Below, one piece after another: positions 10,338 to 20,102 of a stretch of DNA of 64,000 bases; within the stretch, counting starts at the first letter, position 1, and each line of letters opens with the position of its first letter. Below the pieces are notes generated by a model. It did not search any database. It saw only the letters and a program-made list of their open reading frames with translations, and was not told the DNA's origin. The position numbers and the translations under genes were made by a program. Origin of the DNA: Candidatus Poribacteria bacterium (GTDB taxonomy: Bacteria; Poribacteria; WGA-4E; GCA-2687025); the NCBI GenBank assembly GCA_963665845.2, contig OY762492.1, positions 2,944,001 through 3,008,000 of the forward strand, written 5' to 3'.

Positions 10338-11729
10338 ATGAAGCTTCGCGCGTTTTACCGCTTTGGATGCGTCTTGACCGCCGCTCTCTTGGGCATGTCG
10401 GGCGTTTTAAACGGATGGGCGGCGGTCAGCTCCAACGGGGAACTGAACGTACAGGGCGATCCAAGCGGACAGGTTCCGACCGCTTCCGAGCCGACCCTAA
10501 TCCTAACGCTGCTCATCGACCGTTCGCAGGCGGAAGCGGGAGAAGAGGTGAAAAGCGTTGAGCTGACGCTTCCCGCCGGCTTCTCCGTCCGCTCTCCAGA
10601 GTCGGTTGAGGATGTGCTGATTGACGGCGTTTCGGTACCGTTTGAAGCGGTTGTAACGGACGCCTTTATCCGATTTGTTCTGGAGGATGAGATCGACAAC
10701 TTTCAAAGCTCGCTGTTTGAGGCGGTTTTTAAAGTGCGGACGCCCGACCTGCCGCGTAAAGGCGCCCTTTTCCGAGTCAGCCTGCGCAACCTAGAGAACC
10801 TGCAGATCGGGGAGTTTGTGCAGCCGGGCGAAATCGACGGCGATCCGCTCAACAACAACGATTACACGCTGGATGTGATACCGAACACGCCGCCCGCTGT
10901 CCCAACAGGCTTCACCGCGCAAGCCGACCCGACCGGCGAAAACGATGTCCTGCTGAAATGGGAGCGCGTGGACGACCCGGAGGTGCAGGGGTATTTCATC
11001 TACCGCGATGGCGAGCCGATCGATCTGCCTGACCCGAACGCAACGCAGTTTCGAGATGTGAACGTGTCGCCGGGGACGCATTCTTACGCGATTGCGTCCT
11101 ATAAGATACGCATTCTTGCCTCCGCGCTGTCGCCGTCCCGCGCCGTTCTGGTGAAGCCCGACACCCGCGCGCCCGATCCGCCCGCAAACGCCGTTGCCGC
11201 GCAAGCCGCCCAGAATGTGGAGCTGACATGGAGCGCCAGCCCCTCCCCCGACGCGGCGCGTTATGACATCCTCTTCGGCTTGGTCGGCGCAACGCCCGTT
11301 GAGATCGGAAAAGTGGAACCTGAACAGGGCGGCGCGCTGCTCTTCACGCATCACCGCCCGCAGCTGGAGATCGGATGGCTGCGGTATGCAGTCGTCGCGG
11401 TGGACGAGGCGGGGAATCGATCGGAACCGGCGGAGGCGCGGCTGCCCAGTTTTGCGGCGCCGTTTCCGAACCCGTTCACCCCCCTTGGTTCCGCGCCGTT
11501 TCATCAGGCAACCTTCCCAAGACGCGCGCTGAACGCCGCGGAAGGCAACCTGATTGTCCGCATCTTTGACCTGCGCGGGCGGGAAGTCTGGACATCCGAG
11601 CCGACCGACGGAAACGCCGTATGGAACGGACGCGACCAAAACGGAACGCTCGCCGCAAACGGAATCTACGTCTACCAAATGCGAATAGGTTTGAACGTCT
11701 CCATCGGAACGATTGTATTGATACGTTAG
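10338..11729 (+). CDS. Secreted fibronectin-III protein with a FlgD/T9SS-like C-terminal domain
   Basis: Signal peptide; two Fn3 repeats (P.GF.A...V.L.W...GY.IYR; VELTW...Y..AVDEAGNRS); FPNPFTP...IFDL.G...WNGRD.NG..AANGIYVY. Confidence 0.85.
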   Translation: MKLRAFYRFGCVLTAALLGMSGVLNGWAAVSSNGELNVQGDPSGQVPTASEPTLILTLLIDRSQAEAGEEVKSVELTLPAGFSVRSPESVEDVLIDGVSVPFEAVVTDAFIRFVLEDEIDNFQSSLFEAVFKVRTPDLPRKGALFRVSLRNLENLQIGEFVQPGEIDGDPLNNNDYTLDVIPNTPPAVPTGFTAQADPTGENDVLLKWERVDDPEVQGYFIYRDGEPIDLPDPNATQFRDVNVSPGTHSYAIASYKIRILASALSPSRAVLVKPDTRAPDPPANAVAAQAAQNVELTWSASPSPDAARYDILFGLVGATPVEIGKVEPEQGGALLFTHHRPQLEIGWLRYAVVAVDEAGNRSEPAEARLPSFAAPFPNPFTPLGSAPFHQATFPRRALNAAEGNLIVRIFDLRGREVWTSEPTDGNAVWNGRDQNGTLAANGIYVYQMRIGLNVSIGTIVLIR

Positions 11730-11733
11730 GAGA

Positions 11734-12023
11734 TGATCTCATGCATAAAGTTGAGACATTTGAACGAATAATCGATCTATTTATGGGAAAAAGACGCCGC
11801 CAACCAGACCGTTCCCCGCTTCCGCGAGGACATGCATTCCGCGTAAGCGGGAATCTAGAGGCGCCGCAGAAAACGTCCGCGTTTGCCAAGCAGAATGTCC
11901 CAACTAAAGACACAAAGACGCCGCCAACTAGACCGTCATTCCCGCGTAAGCGGGAATCTAGAGGCGCCGCAGAAAACGTCCGCGTTTGCCAAGCAGAATG
12001 TCCCAACTAAAGACACAAGATCA
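11734..12023 (+). mobile_element. MITE family A copy with an internal tandem duplication
   Basis: Ends TGATCTCATGCATAAAGTTGAGACA and TGTCCCAACTAAAGACACAAGATCA; GTTAGGAGA on both flanks; right half present twice. Confidence 0.75.
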
Positions 12024-12038
12024 GGTTAGGAGAGAACG

Positions 12039-13118
12039 ATGAGAGTTGGAGTGGTCGGATGCGGAGGAATGGGGCGACACCATCTGGGCGTCCTGAAGGG
12101 GCTGCCGACGTTTGAGATCGCGGCGGTGTGCGACATCTCGCCTAAAGCGGCTCAAAACGCGGCGGAAGCGTTTCAAGCAAAACCTTACGCCAACGCGGGC
12201 GACATGTGCGATTCCGAATCGCTTGACCTTGTTTCTGTCGCGACGCAGACGCGAGGGCATCTGGAGCCGAGTATCGCCGCCTTGACGCGGGGCGTTTCCG
12301 TCTTATGCGAAAAGCCGATCGCCATTGATCTTGCCGAGGCGGACGCCATGGTGGAGGCGGCGGAGAAGTCGGGCGCCAAGCTGGCGGTACATCAACAGAA
12401 CCATGTGCATCCCGGCATCCGCAAGGGGCTTGAGCTGGTGGAAAGCGGGGATGTCGGCGAGGTTATCGTTGTGCGCGGACGCAACAAGGGCGGTCGGAAA
12501 AGCGGCAACGAGTTCATGGAGATGGGAACGCACATCGCCGATATGATGATGCGTTTCGGCGGAGAGCCGCGGTGGTGCGCAGGCGTCGTCATGCATGAAA
12601 ACAGGCTCGCGCAGCCGCAGGATGTCATGGAAGCGAAGGAGATGTCGCCCAGAGACCGCGATTCAGGTCTCGTTCTCGGATCAAGAGCCGCCGCCGATTA
12701 CGAGTTCGACAACGGCATTCTCGGCGAGATACGGTTCACCGACTACGCCAAGACGAACAACCACAACTACGGCGTCGACATATTTGGCTCAACGGGTCAG
12801 CTCGCGGTGCGAACCAGCGGCGACCTGTCCGAAAGCCTGTGGCGTTTGCCGCGGGCGATGGAGGGGCGCCCAAGCGAACTCGGCAGCTGGGAGCGGGTCG
12901 AACTGCCGAACCCGCGCAACCCGATTGAAACGATGTATCTTGAATACGCCAAGGCGCTGGAGCGCGGGACAGATCCGCCGTGCGACGGCGTCAGGGGGCG
13001 GTGGGCGTTGGAGATGATCATGGCGATCTACGCCTCTCACATGGAGGAGGGGCGGCGCGTTCCCATGCCGCTGAAGGAACGGCGCCATCCGCTGGAGACG
13101 TGGCGCTCTATGCAGTGA
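12039..13118 (+). CDS. Gfo/Idh/MocA family oxidoreductase
   Basis: GVVGCGGMG, VLCEKP, MGTHIAD motifs. Confidence 0.92.
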   Translation: MRVGVVGCGGMGRHHLGVLKGLPTFEIAAVCDISPKAAQNAAEAFQAKPYANAGDMCDSESLDLVSVATQTRGHLEPSIAALTRGVSVLCEKPIAIDLAEADAMVEAAEKSGAKLAVHQQNHVHPGIRKGLELVESGDVGEVIVVRGRNKGGRKSGNEFMEMGTHIADMMMRFGGEPRWCAGVVMHENRLAQPQDVMEAKEMSPRDRDSGLVLGSRAAADYEFDNGILGEIRFTDYAKTNNHNYGVDIFGSTGQLAVRTSGDLSESLWRLPRAMEGRPSELGSWERVELPNPRNPIETMYLEYAKALERGTDPPCDGVRGRWALEMIMAIYASHMEEGRRVPMPLKERRHPLETWRSMQ

Positions 13119-13135
13119 GGCTCCATGCCGCGTTC

Positions 13136-13790
13136 GATTCCCCCCTTGAAAAGGGGGCTAGGGGGGTTTAAAGGAGGGGCGCGCCTTGCGCTTGGTTTTG
13201 AACTAAGATTTTCAGGATTTATAGGATTTTCAAGATTTGGAGTTGCGGGCATGTCGCAGGCGGCGTGTCAGTTTTCGGCAATTCTCCTGCCAATCGTTTC
13301 AATCATGCAAATCTTAGTTCAAACAGCAGACGGTTTCGGACCGCCTCTGGATTCCCGCGCGTTTTACCGCAGGGGCGGAAATGACGCTTTTTGCTGAACG
13401 CGGACGATTCCGAATAAGACTCTGGATTCCCGCTTGCGCGGGAATGACGTCCGGCGGGATGACGCTTTTTGCCAAACGCGGACGATTCCGAATAAGACTC
13501 TGGATTCCCGCTTGCGCGGGAATGACGCCGGGCGCTATGGACGCCTGAAGCGAGCGCAGACGGTTTCGGACCGCCTCTGGATGCCCGCGCGTTTTACCGC
13601 AGGGGCGGAAATGACGCTTTTTGCTGAACGCGGACGATTCCGAATAAGACTCTGGATTCCCGCTTGCGCGGGAATGACGTCCGGCGGGATAACGCTTTTT
13701 GCTGAACGCGGACGATTCCGAATAAGACTCTGGATTCCCGCGCGTTTTACCGCAGGGCGGGAATGCATGCCCTCGCGGAAGCGGGGGACG
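13136..13790. repeat. Mosaic intergenic repeat cluster
   Basis: CCCCCTTGAAAAGGGGG hairpin, inverted 9-bp-period AAGATT/AATCTT modules, several ATTCCC-N8-GGGAAT palindromes; 13326-13511 repeated at 13556-13741 (230-bp period). Confidence 0.9.
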
Positions 13791-13812
13791 AACCGGGGCG
13801 CGGAAAGCGCGC

Positions 13813-13841
13813 TTGACAGAATAAGGCAGACAGCGCATGAT
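13813..13841 (+). promoter_or_regulatory. Putative sigma70 promoter of the methyltransferase gene
   Basis: TTGACA-17bp-CATGAT. Confidence 0.5.
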
Positions 13842-13872
13842 ACTCCCGCAGGGCAAGCGAGAGGATGCGGGC

Positions 13873-15420
13873 ATGGCGCTCAAACCGAACAGGCTTTATT
13901 ACGGCGACTGCCTCGATTGGATGGAGCAGTGGGAAGACAACTGCGTCGACCTGATCTACTTAGACCCGCCCTTCAACAGCAAGACAAACTACAACATGCT
14001 CTTCGCCGGGCTGGACGACGAGGAGGTGCAATACCGCGCCTTTACCGACACATGGAGCTGGAACGACGCCGCCGGCGAACGGTACGGCGCCTACGAAGCC
14101 GCGGTTGGGCGTCCGGGACGCGGCGCCGTCGTCGGCTTATACCAAATTCTAGGCGGCTGCGGCATGATCGCGTATTTGACCTACATGGCGGAGCGGCTGG
14201 CAGAAATGCAGCGCATCCTGAAACCGACAGGCTCCATCTACCTCCACTGCGACCCGACCGCAAGCCACTACCTTAAAATCGTCATGGACGACATCTTCGG
14301 CAAGGAAAATTTCCGCAACGAGATCGTTTGGGTAAGGGATCCGGCAGGCAAGGGCGCAAAACGGAGGAGCAGGCAGTGGCCCCGCAACTACGACGAAATT
14401 TTGATGTACTCAAAAAGCGAACGCCACATTTTCGAGCAGCAATACACATCGCTCAGCGAATCGCAGAAGAAGGCTTACAGATATGAAGACGCGCGAGGGC
14501 GGTATAAAGCCGTACAAAAAGGCGATTATTCAGACGCGAGTATGGCGAGGTTCCGCAGCGAAGACAAAGTTCACACTTCCAAAACAGGCAAGGAGTATAT
14601 CAAGTACTACTTGCATGAGGCTAAAGCCGCTTTGGGAAGCGTGTGGACAGATATTTACGGCTTTGGAACGAAAACCGCTTCCAAAGAGCGTCTAGGTTAT
14701 GCCACGCAAAAACCGCTCGCGCTCCTGGAGCGGATTGTCAAGGCGTCGTCGAACGAGGGCGATCTGGTGTTGGATCCGTTTTGCGGCTGCGGCACGGCGA
14801 TAGAGGCTGCCCACCTCCTGAAGCGGCAGTGGGCGGGCATCGACATCTCTTCCTTCGCTATCGACCTGATACGGCGCGAGCGTCCGCATCTCAAAACCCT
14901 GAACATTCAAGCGGAGCGCATCCCGAAAAACATGCGGGACGCGCATGCGCTGGCGCGCGGCAACCGCCTTGCGTTTGAGGCATGGGCGGTTGATCGTCTG
15001 CCAGGATTCGCGCCGAACACGAAGCAAACAGGCGACAAGGGCGTTGATGGACGCGGAAGGTTGGCGCATGACCCCGACAATTTCGATTCTCGGCTGGCGT
15101 TGGCGCAGGTGAAAAGCGGCGCGAAAGTGTCGCCGAGCGACCTGCGCGACTTCATCGGTACGATGGATATTCAGAAAGCCGCCCTCGGCCGCTTCATCAC
15201 GCTGGAGCCTGTTACGTCAGGCGACATGCATAAAGACGCCGCCAGCCTCGGCAACATCTCGATTCTTGGCGAGTCTTATCCGCGCCTCAAGATATGGTCA
15301 ATCCAAGATTATTTCAATCATCAACCGCCGATGCTGCCGGACATGATGAACCCGTATAAGCGCGGGGCGGTCATGGATGCAAAGCAGCAGCATATGGTTT
15401 TTAATCTACGGGAATCCTAG
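13873..15420 (+). CDS. N4/N6 DNA methyltransferase (beta class) fused to a C-terminal Mrr-like nuclease domain
   Basis: DLIYLDPPF precedes TQKP and VLDPFCGCGT; C-terminal GDKGVDG...AQVKSG (D...QxK). Confidence 0.88.
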   Translation: MALKPNRLYYGDCLDWMEQWEDNCVDLIYLDPPFNSKTNYNMLFAGLDDEEVQYRAFTDTWSWNDAAGERYGAYEAAVGRPGRGAVVGLYQILGGCGMIAYLTYMAERLAEMQRILKPTGSIYLHCDPTASHYLKIVMDDIFGKENFRNEIVWVRDPAGKGAKRRSRQWPRNYDEILMYSKSERHIFEQQYTSLSESQKKAYRYEDARGRYKAVQKGDYSDASMARFRSEDKVHTSKTGKEYIKYYLHEAKAALGSVWTDIYGFGTKTASKERLGYATQKPLALLERIVKASSNEGDLVLDPFCGCGTAIEAAHLLKRQWAGIDISSFAIDLIRRERPHLKTLNIQAERIPKNMRDAHALARGNRLAFEAWAVDRLPGFAPNTKQTGDKGVDGRGRLAHDPDNFDSRLALAQVKSGAKVSPSDLRDFIGTMDIQKAALGRFITLEPVTSGDMHKDAASLGNISILGESYPRLKIWSIQDYFNHQPPMLPDMMNPYKRGAVMDAKQQHMVFNLRES

Positions 15421-15440
15421 ACGACGGGAGCGCTGACGCT

Positions 15441-16262
15441 TTAACCTTTTGAAAAATGGCGCGCGTCCCCGTAGATCACTGGACAAACATTTTCGTCATC
15501 GATAAACTGCGACAAGCCCGCCCGTTTCCCCCCGACCGGGCGCGATTTCTCCGTCCGCATATGAACCGCAAAGCTGCGCCGCGGCTCGCCGGATACGTTT
15601 CTCCCGCTGGCATGCAGCGTCAAATGGTGGTGAAAACTGACGCCTCCCGCCGGAAGCAGCGCCGGCGCCTCCTCCCAGACGGCGCCTTCAGGGAGTCCGA
15701 TCTGCCCGCGCTGGGCGTCATGGTCTTGGTCATGGAAGTTGCCTGCGCCCTCCATGAGACCCCAGCGGTGCGACCCGCGCACAAAGCGCATCGGACCGCA
15801 CCGCTCCGTCACATCGGTGAGCGCAATCCATGCGGTCAGCAGTTCGCTTCCCTCTTCCCAGACGCGCCAGTAATGGCGATCCTGATGCCAGCCGATATTG
15901 GTCGCCGCCGGCTCATCGGCGGGGATGGACGGCTTGATGAGCATCTGAACCCACCAGACCTGAACCGCCTTCGCCCCTGTGATTTCTGCCGCCGCCCGCC
16001 CCACTTCCGGATGCCCGACCGCTTTCAAGACGGCGCGGTTCGCCATTTGCGGCATTTCGATCTTCACCAGTTTTTTCGGGTCGTCCCCTGGTTTCCATGG
16101 GGAGGGCTGCGGCGCGCGCCCCGTGTCATATTCGCCGCGGCAGATCGCCTTCTGCCCCTCAACCGCCGCCGAAACCTCCGCCGGCGTCAGCAGCGGCGCC
16201 GTATGTAAAGCGAACCCGTCCGTTTCATACTGCCCGCGCGTGATCATATCTTTCTCTTTCAT
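15441..16262 (-). CDS. Phytanoyl-CoA dioxygenase (PhyH) family 2OG-Fe(II) enzyme
   Basis: WHQD, TAWIAL.D....GPM.FV.GSH, distal TLHASG.N...RR. Confidence 0.9.
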   Translation of the reverse strand: MKEKDMITRGQYETDGFALHTAPLLTPAEVSAAVEGQKAICRGEYDTGRAPQPSPWKPGDDPKKLVKIEMPQMANRAVLKAVGHPEVGRAAAEITGAKAVQVWWVQMLIKPSIPADEPAATNIGWHQDRHYWRVWEEGSELLTAWIALTDVTERCGPMRFVRGSHRWGLMEGAGNFHDQDHDAQRGQIGLPEGAVWEEAPALLPAGGVSFHHHLTLHASGRNVSGEPRRSFAVHMRTEKSRPVGGKRAGLSQFIDDENVCPVIYGDARHFSKG

Positions 16263-16420
16263 TGGTAATACGCCCATGCGGAATTTTCATTTTTTAACCT
16301 TAAAGTGTCCGCGCCGCCGGTCGTCATTCCCGCGCCCCACTTCCTGTCATTCCCGCGCCCCACTTCCTGTCATTCCCGCGCCCCACTTCCTGTCATTCCC
16401 GCGTAAGCGGGAATCTTAAA
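16263..16420. repeat. Composite repeat family E with three 23-bp tandem half-palindromes
   Basis: TACGCCCATGCG...TAAAG.GTCCGCGCCGCC leader shared with 19912 and 31091; GTCATTCCCGCGCCCCACTTCCT x3 (16323-16391), then a full palindrome. Confidence 0.8.
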
Positions 16421-16481
16421 AGATACATCATCATATCAAATGTCATCGGCGCGAATATCTTTATATGAGCATACTATCCTT

Positions 16482-17789
16482 TCATTCAACAGGAATCAGC
16501 CGCCGCGTCTTGCATATCTGCGCGTAATACTCCCCGCTCGGCTTCACGATGCGCTCATAGGTTTGCGGGTCAACCGCCGCCAAGCCGAACTTTGCCGACA
16601 TCCCCTCCGCCCATTCGAAGTTGTCCATCAGCGTCCAGTGATAATACCGCTGAATCGGAATGCCGTCTTGCCGCGCTTGAAGAACCTGCGCCAGATGCTC
16701 GTAGATGAAACGGCTTCGCATCGCGTCGTCCGCGTCCGCTATGCCGTTTTCTGTGATGTAGATCGGCTTGCCCGCCGCTTCGTAGGCGTTCGCGCACACT
16801 TGGCGCAGCCCCTCCGCGTCGATCTCCCATCCCAGATCGTTCGTCGGCGCCTCGTCTGGGGTATGCAGTTCAAAACCTTTGCGCCGCCATCGGACGCGGT
16901 ACGGCATATAGTAGTTGACGCCTGTAAAATCGGAAAAGTCGCCGCTGCCTTCAGGGTTGCTGTCATGGCGAAACCATGGATAGCCGTATGGAAACAGGAA
17001 CGCGCCGGTCGAGAGGGCGAAGAGCGGGGCGTCTTGAAACAGATGCTCGGCGATCTTGGCGCCCATCCTGTCGAGCCGCTTTTCGGGTCGGGCGGGTCGC
17101 ATTGCGCAGAAATGCTTGGCGGCGCCGACGCGCGTTTCGCCCTGCCATGCGTTTCTGCCGCGCGTCTCATGGATGAGACGATAGGCGCGGATATGCGCGC
17201 GGAGCATGTTTCGCGCCGCCGCTCTGCATGCGCGCAGTTTCCGCTTGCCCGGCGGCCAGATTGTCTGCAGATGTCCATGGTAAGCGTACACCGCCGGTTC
17301 GTTCACGGTGACCCATTCCGAGACCAGATCGCCCAGCGCCGAGACGACCCGTTCCGCATAGGTTTCAAACGCCTCAACCGCGGCGAGGTTCGTCCAGCCG
17401 CCGGCGTCCTCAATCCAGAGCGGGTTGGTGAAATGGTGAAGCGTGACGAGCGGAAGAACGCCCGCGTCTAAAAGCGCCCCAATCAGCCGCCTGTATTGAT
17501 CCAGCGCCGCGGCGTCCCATGCGTCCTGCGTCGGCTGAAGGCGCGCCCATTCGATGCTGAAGCGGTAGGTTTGATGGTTCAGGCGGCTGATGAGGGCGGC
17601 GTCCTCTAAGGCGCGCTCCCAGTGCATGCATGCGTCTTTTGGATGGGAGCCGTCCGCTGTTTTGCCCTGCTCGCTCCAGCGCGCCCAGCTGTGCGGAATT
17701 TCTCCGCCCTCTATCTGCGTCGCGGAGGTCGCCGATCCGAGGAGCAGATCGTCGGGGATCGTTTGCGCAGGCGCGGCGGCGGCGTTCAA
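16482..17789 (-). CDS. Glycoside hydrolase family 1 (beta-glucosidase)
   Basis: ATSATQIEG, YRFSIEWAR, TVNEP acid/base, YITENG nucleophile, WTLMDNFEW. Confidence 0.93.
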   Translation of the reverse strand: MNAAAAPAQTIPDDLLLGSATSATQIEGGEIPHSWARWSEQGKTADGSHPKDACMHWERALEDAALISRLNHQTYRFSIEWARLQPTQDAWDAAALDQYRRLIGALLDAGVLPLVTLHHFTNPLWIEDAGGWTNLAAVEAFETYAERVVSALGDLVSEWVTVNEPAVYAYHGHLQTIWPPGKRKLRACRAAARNMLRAHIRAYRLIHETRGRNAWQGETRVGAAKHFCAMRPARPEKRLDRMGAKIAEHLFQDAPLFALSTGAFLFPYGYPWFRHDSNPEGSGDFSDFTGVNYYMPYRVRWRRKGFELHTPDEAPTNDLGWEIDAEGLRQVCANAYEAAGKPIYITENGIADADDAMRSRFIYEHLAQVLQARQDGIPIQRYYHWTLMDNFEWAEGMSAKFGLAAVDPQTYERIVKPSGEYYAQICKTRRLIPVE

Positions 17790-19840
17790 ATCAGGTCATC
17801 CTCTATGTTCATTCGCCCGCGGAAGGGCGGTCTGCCCTCTCCATCGCCGACGCCAGGGCGGGCGCCTCGGCGGCGGCTCGGCGGGGGCGGCTTCGGTTGA
17901 ACATCTCGAAACTGCATCTCATGCAGCCGCGCATAAACGCCGTTCTGGGCAATCAGCTCCTCATGGGTACCGCGCTCCACGATCCGCCCGTCTTCCAACG
18001 TCAAAATCTGATCCGCATGCCGTATCGTCGACAGGCGGTGCGCAATCACAAAGGTGGTGCGGTTTTTAACAAGGTTGTCGACCGCCTGCTGAATCAACGC
18101 CTCCGTTTCCGAATCGACCGCGGAGGTGGCTTCGTCCAGTATCAGAATGCGCGCGTCCGCTAAAATGGCGCGGGCTATCGACAATCGCTGCCGCTGCCCG
18201 CCGGACAGCTTGATCCCGCGCTCGCCGATTTCGGTCTTGTAACCGTCGGGCATCTCTTCAATGAACTCCGCCGCGTTCGCCGCCGCGGCCGCTTCGCGCA
18301 GCTCCTCGTCCGTCGCGTCCAGACGCCCGTAGCGCAGATTGTTCTCCACCGTGTCATTAAACAGAAACGGGTCTTGAGACACCAGCCCGATCTGCCGCCG
18401 ATATTCGGTCAGGTCAAGCCAGCGCAGGTCCATTCCGTCGATCAGCACGACCCCGTTGATCGGATCGTAAAAGCGCGGGATCAGGTTCACCAGCGTAGTC
18501 TTTCCCGCCCCGCTTGGACCGACCAGCGCGATCATTTCGCCCGGTTCCGCGCTCAGGTCGATATTGCGCAGCGTCTCGCCGCCCGTTTGGTAGGCGAAGG
18601 AGACGTTTTGAAACTCCACGCGCCCCGACAGCCCCGGCAGCGAGACAGGGTTTTTGGGCGGCGCGATCTTCGGCTCCGTGTCCAGCAGCTCAAACACCCG
18701 CTCGCTGGACGCCAGCGCCTGCTGGACATGGTTGTAATAACGGGTAAAGCCGGTGATGGGACCGAACACCATCGGCAGATACTGAATGAAGACGACAAAC
18801 ACGCCAGGGGTGATCGCGCCGGACATGGCGCGCACGCTGCCGATGCCCAGCACGGTCAACAATCCGATCTGGTTCAGCATCTCAATCCACGGGCGGAACA
18901 TGACAAAGATGGTCGCTATGCGCACATTTAAAGTGTAATTTTCTCGGCTTTTTTCGTTGAAACGGTTCAGCTCATGCTCCTCGCGCGCGAAGCTTTTCAC
19001 AACGCGGATGCCGGAGATGTTGTCCTGAAGCAGCGCGTTCAATTCGCCGACTTTAGTGCGCAGTTCGCGGAAGGTCTTGCGCAGCATGCGTCCGATGATG
19101 TAGGTTGAAATGAGCAGCAGCGGAACCGCCGTCAACGCCATGAGCGTCAGCTGCCAGTCCCATGTCAAACAGAAATAGAGAACCCAGACGAGGCGGCATA
19201 TGTCGGTGATGAGCGAGACGACCGGACCGACAATCACCTGCTCTAGCGAGTTGACATCGTTCACAACGCGCGACATGACGTCGCCCGTCTTCTGATTTTC
19301 AAAATATCCGACCGAGAGCCGCTGCATATGGTCATACACCTGACTGCGCATGTCGTACACGAGCGACTGCCCGACGCGCGCCATGATATAACCTTGAACG
19401 ACGCTGAGCGCCTTGCTGGATACGAACAGGAGCAGAAACGCGATCACAAGTACCGAAGCCGAGACAACCTTTTCATTCCAACCCTGCATCCAGTTTTGAG
19501 CCGCCCAGTCTGCAAAAGCGTCAATATGCGGCGTGATGGGCAACTCAACGGAGCGGCGAAACGACGGATCATCGGCGTCTTGCGCGGGTCTTTCAACGCC
19601 CTGTTCATTCTCTCTGGCGCCTTCAAAGATCTTGTCGACGGCGACGCCCATCACCTGCGCCGGCAGAACGCTCATGAACGCCGACGCCAGCGACGCGATC
19701 AAGATAACCAGTATCCAAAACGTGTAAGGCTTCGCATATTTGAGTAGTCGTCCGTAGGTTTTTCGAAACTCAACCTTCGGCTGCGATTCGTCATCGGATC
19801 CCGAATAGCGCCCGCCTCGAAAACTGCGCATCGTTCGCAC
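17786..19840 (-). CDS. ABC exporter, fused permease/ATPase (MsbA-like)
   Basis: TM domain; GPSGAGKTT, LSGGQRQR, ILDEATS, IAHRLS. Confidence 0.93.
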   Translation of the reverse strand: MRTMRSFRGGRYSGSDDESQPKVEFRKTYGRLLKYAKPYTFWILVILIASLASAFMSVLPAQVMGVAVDKIFEGARENEQGVERPAQDADDPSFRRSVELPITPHIDAFADWAAQNWMQGWNEKVVSASVLVIAFLLLFVSSKALSVVQGYIMARVGQSLVYDMRSQVYDHMQRLSVGYFENQKTGDVMSRVVNDVNSLEQVIVGPVVSLITDICRLVWVLYFCLTWDWQLTLMALTAVPLLLISTYIIGRMLRKTFRELRTKVGELNALLQDNISGIRVVKSFAREEHELNRFNEKSRENYTLNVRIATIFVMFRPWIEMLNQIGLLTVLGIGSVRAMSGAITPGVFVVFIQYLPMVFGPITGFTRYYNHVQQALASSERVFELLDTEPKIAPPKNPVSLPGLSGRVEFQNVSFAYQTGGETLRNIDLSAEPGEMIALVGPSGAGKTTLVNLIPRFYDPINGVVLIDGMDLRWLDLTEYRRQIGLVSQDPFLFNDTVENNLRYGRLDATDEELREAAAAANAAEFIEEMPDGYKTEIGERGIKLSGGQRQRLSIARAILADARILILDEATSAVDSETEALIQQAVDNLVKNRTTFVIAHRLSTIRHADQILTLEDGRIVERGTHEELIAQNGVYARLHEMQFRDVQPKPPPPSRRRGARPGVGDGEGRPPFRGRMNIEDDLI

Positions 19841-19911
19841 ACGCTCCTGCTCTAACTTTTAATGACGCCAATATAACCGATTTTGCGGAACTCGTCATGC
19901 GAAGGAGTCGC

Positions 19912-20080
19912 AGGCAGTACGCCCATGCGGTGATCGTCGTTTTTTAATCCTAAAGCGTCCGCGCCGCCTGACGTCATTCCCGCGTAAGCGGGAATCTTAA
20001 GGCATCGCAGTCGCCGCGCCCGTCTTTTAAACCCCCCCTGGTCGTCATTCCCGTCCATGCAGTAAAACGCGCGGGAATCG
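19912..20080. repeat. Composite repeat family E copy
   Basis: Colinear with 31091-31240 and 16263-16420; contains ATTCCCGCGTAAGCGGGAAT. Confidence 0.75.
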
Positions 20081-20102
20081 CAGAATGAGCGGCGCGGGGG
20101 AA

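Noticed and set aside
11476-12010. ORFs with SFPRKRES / LDSRLRGND peptides (also near 22119, 22341, 35030, 58768)
   Set aside because: Chance frames through MITE or palindrome sequence; no transposase motifs
13326-13760. Possible CRISPR array
   Set aside because: The intervening sequences are themselves repeated (230-bp duplication); there are no unique spacers and no cas genes
13314-14276. ORFs 13314-13883 (-) and 13434-14276 (+)
   Set aside because: Translations of the palindromic repeats (VIPAQAGIQ, DSRLRGND), overlapping the MTase off-frame
16323-16415. Possible mini-CRISPR
   Set aside because: Contiguous 23-bp tandem repeats with no spacers
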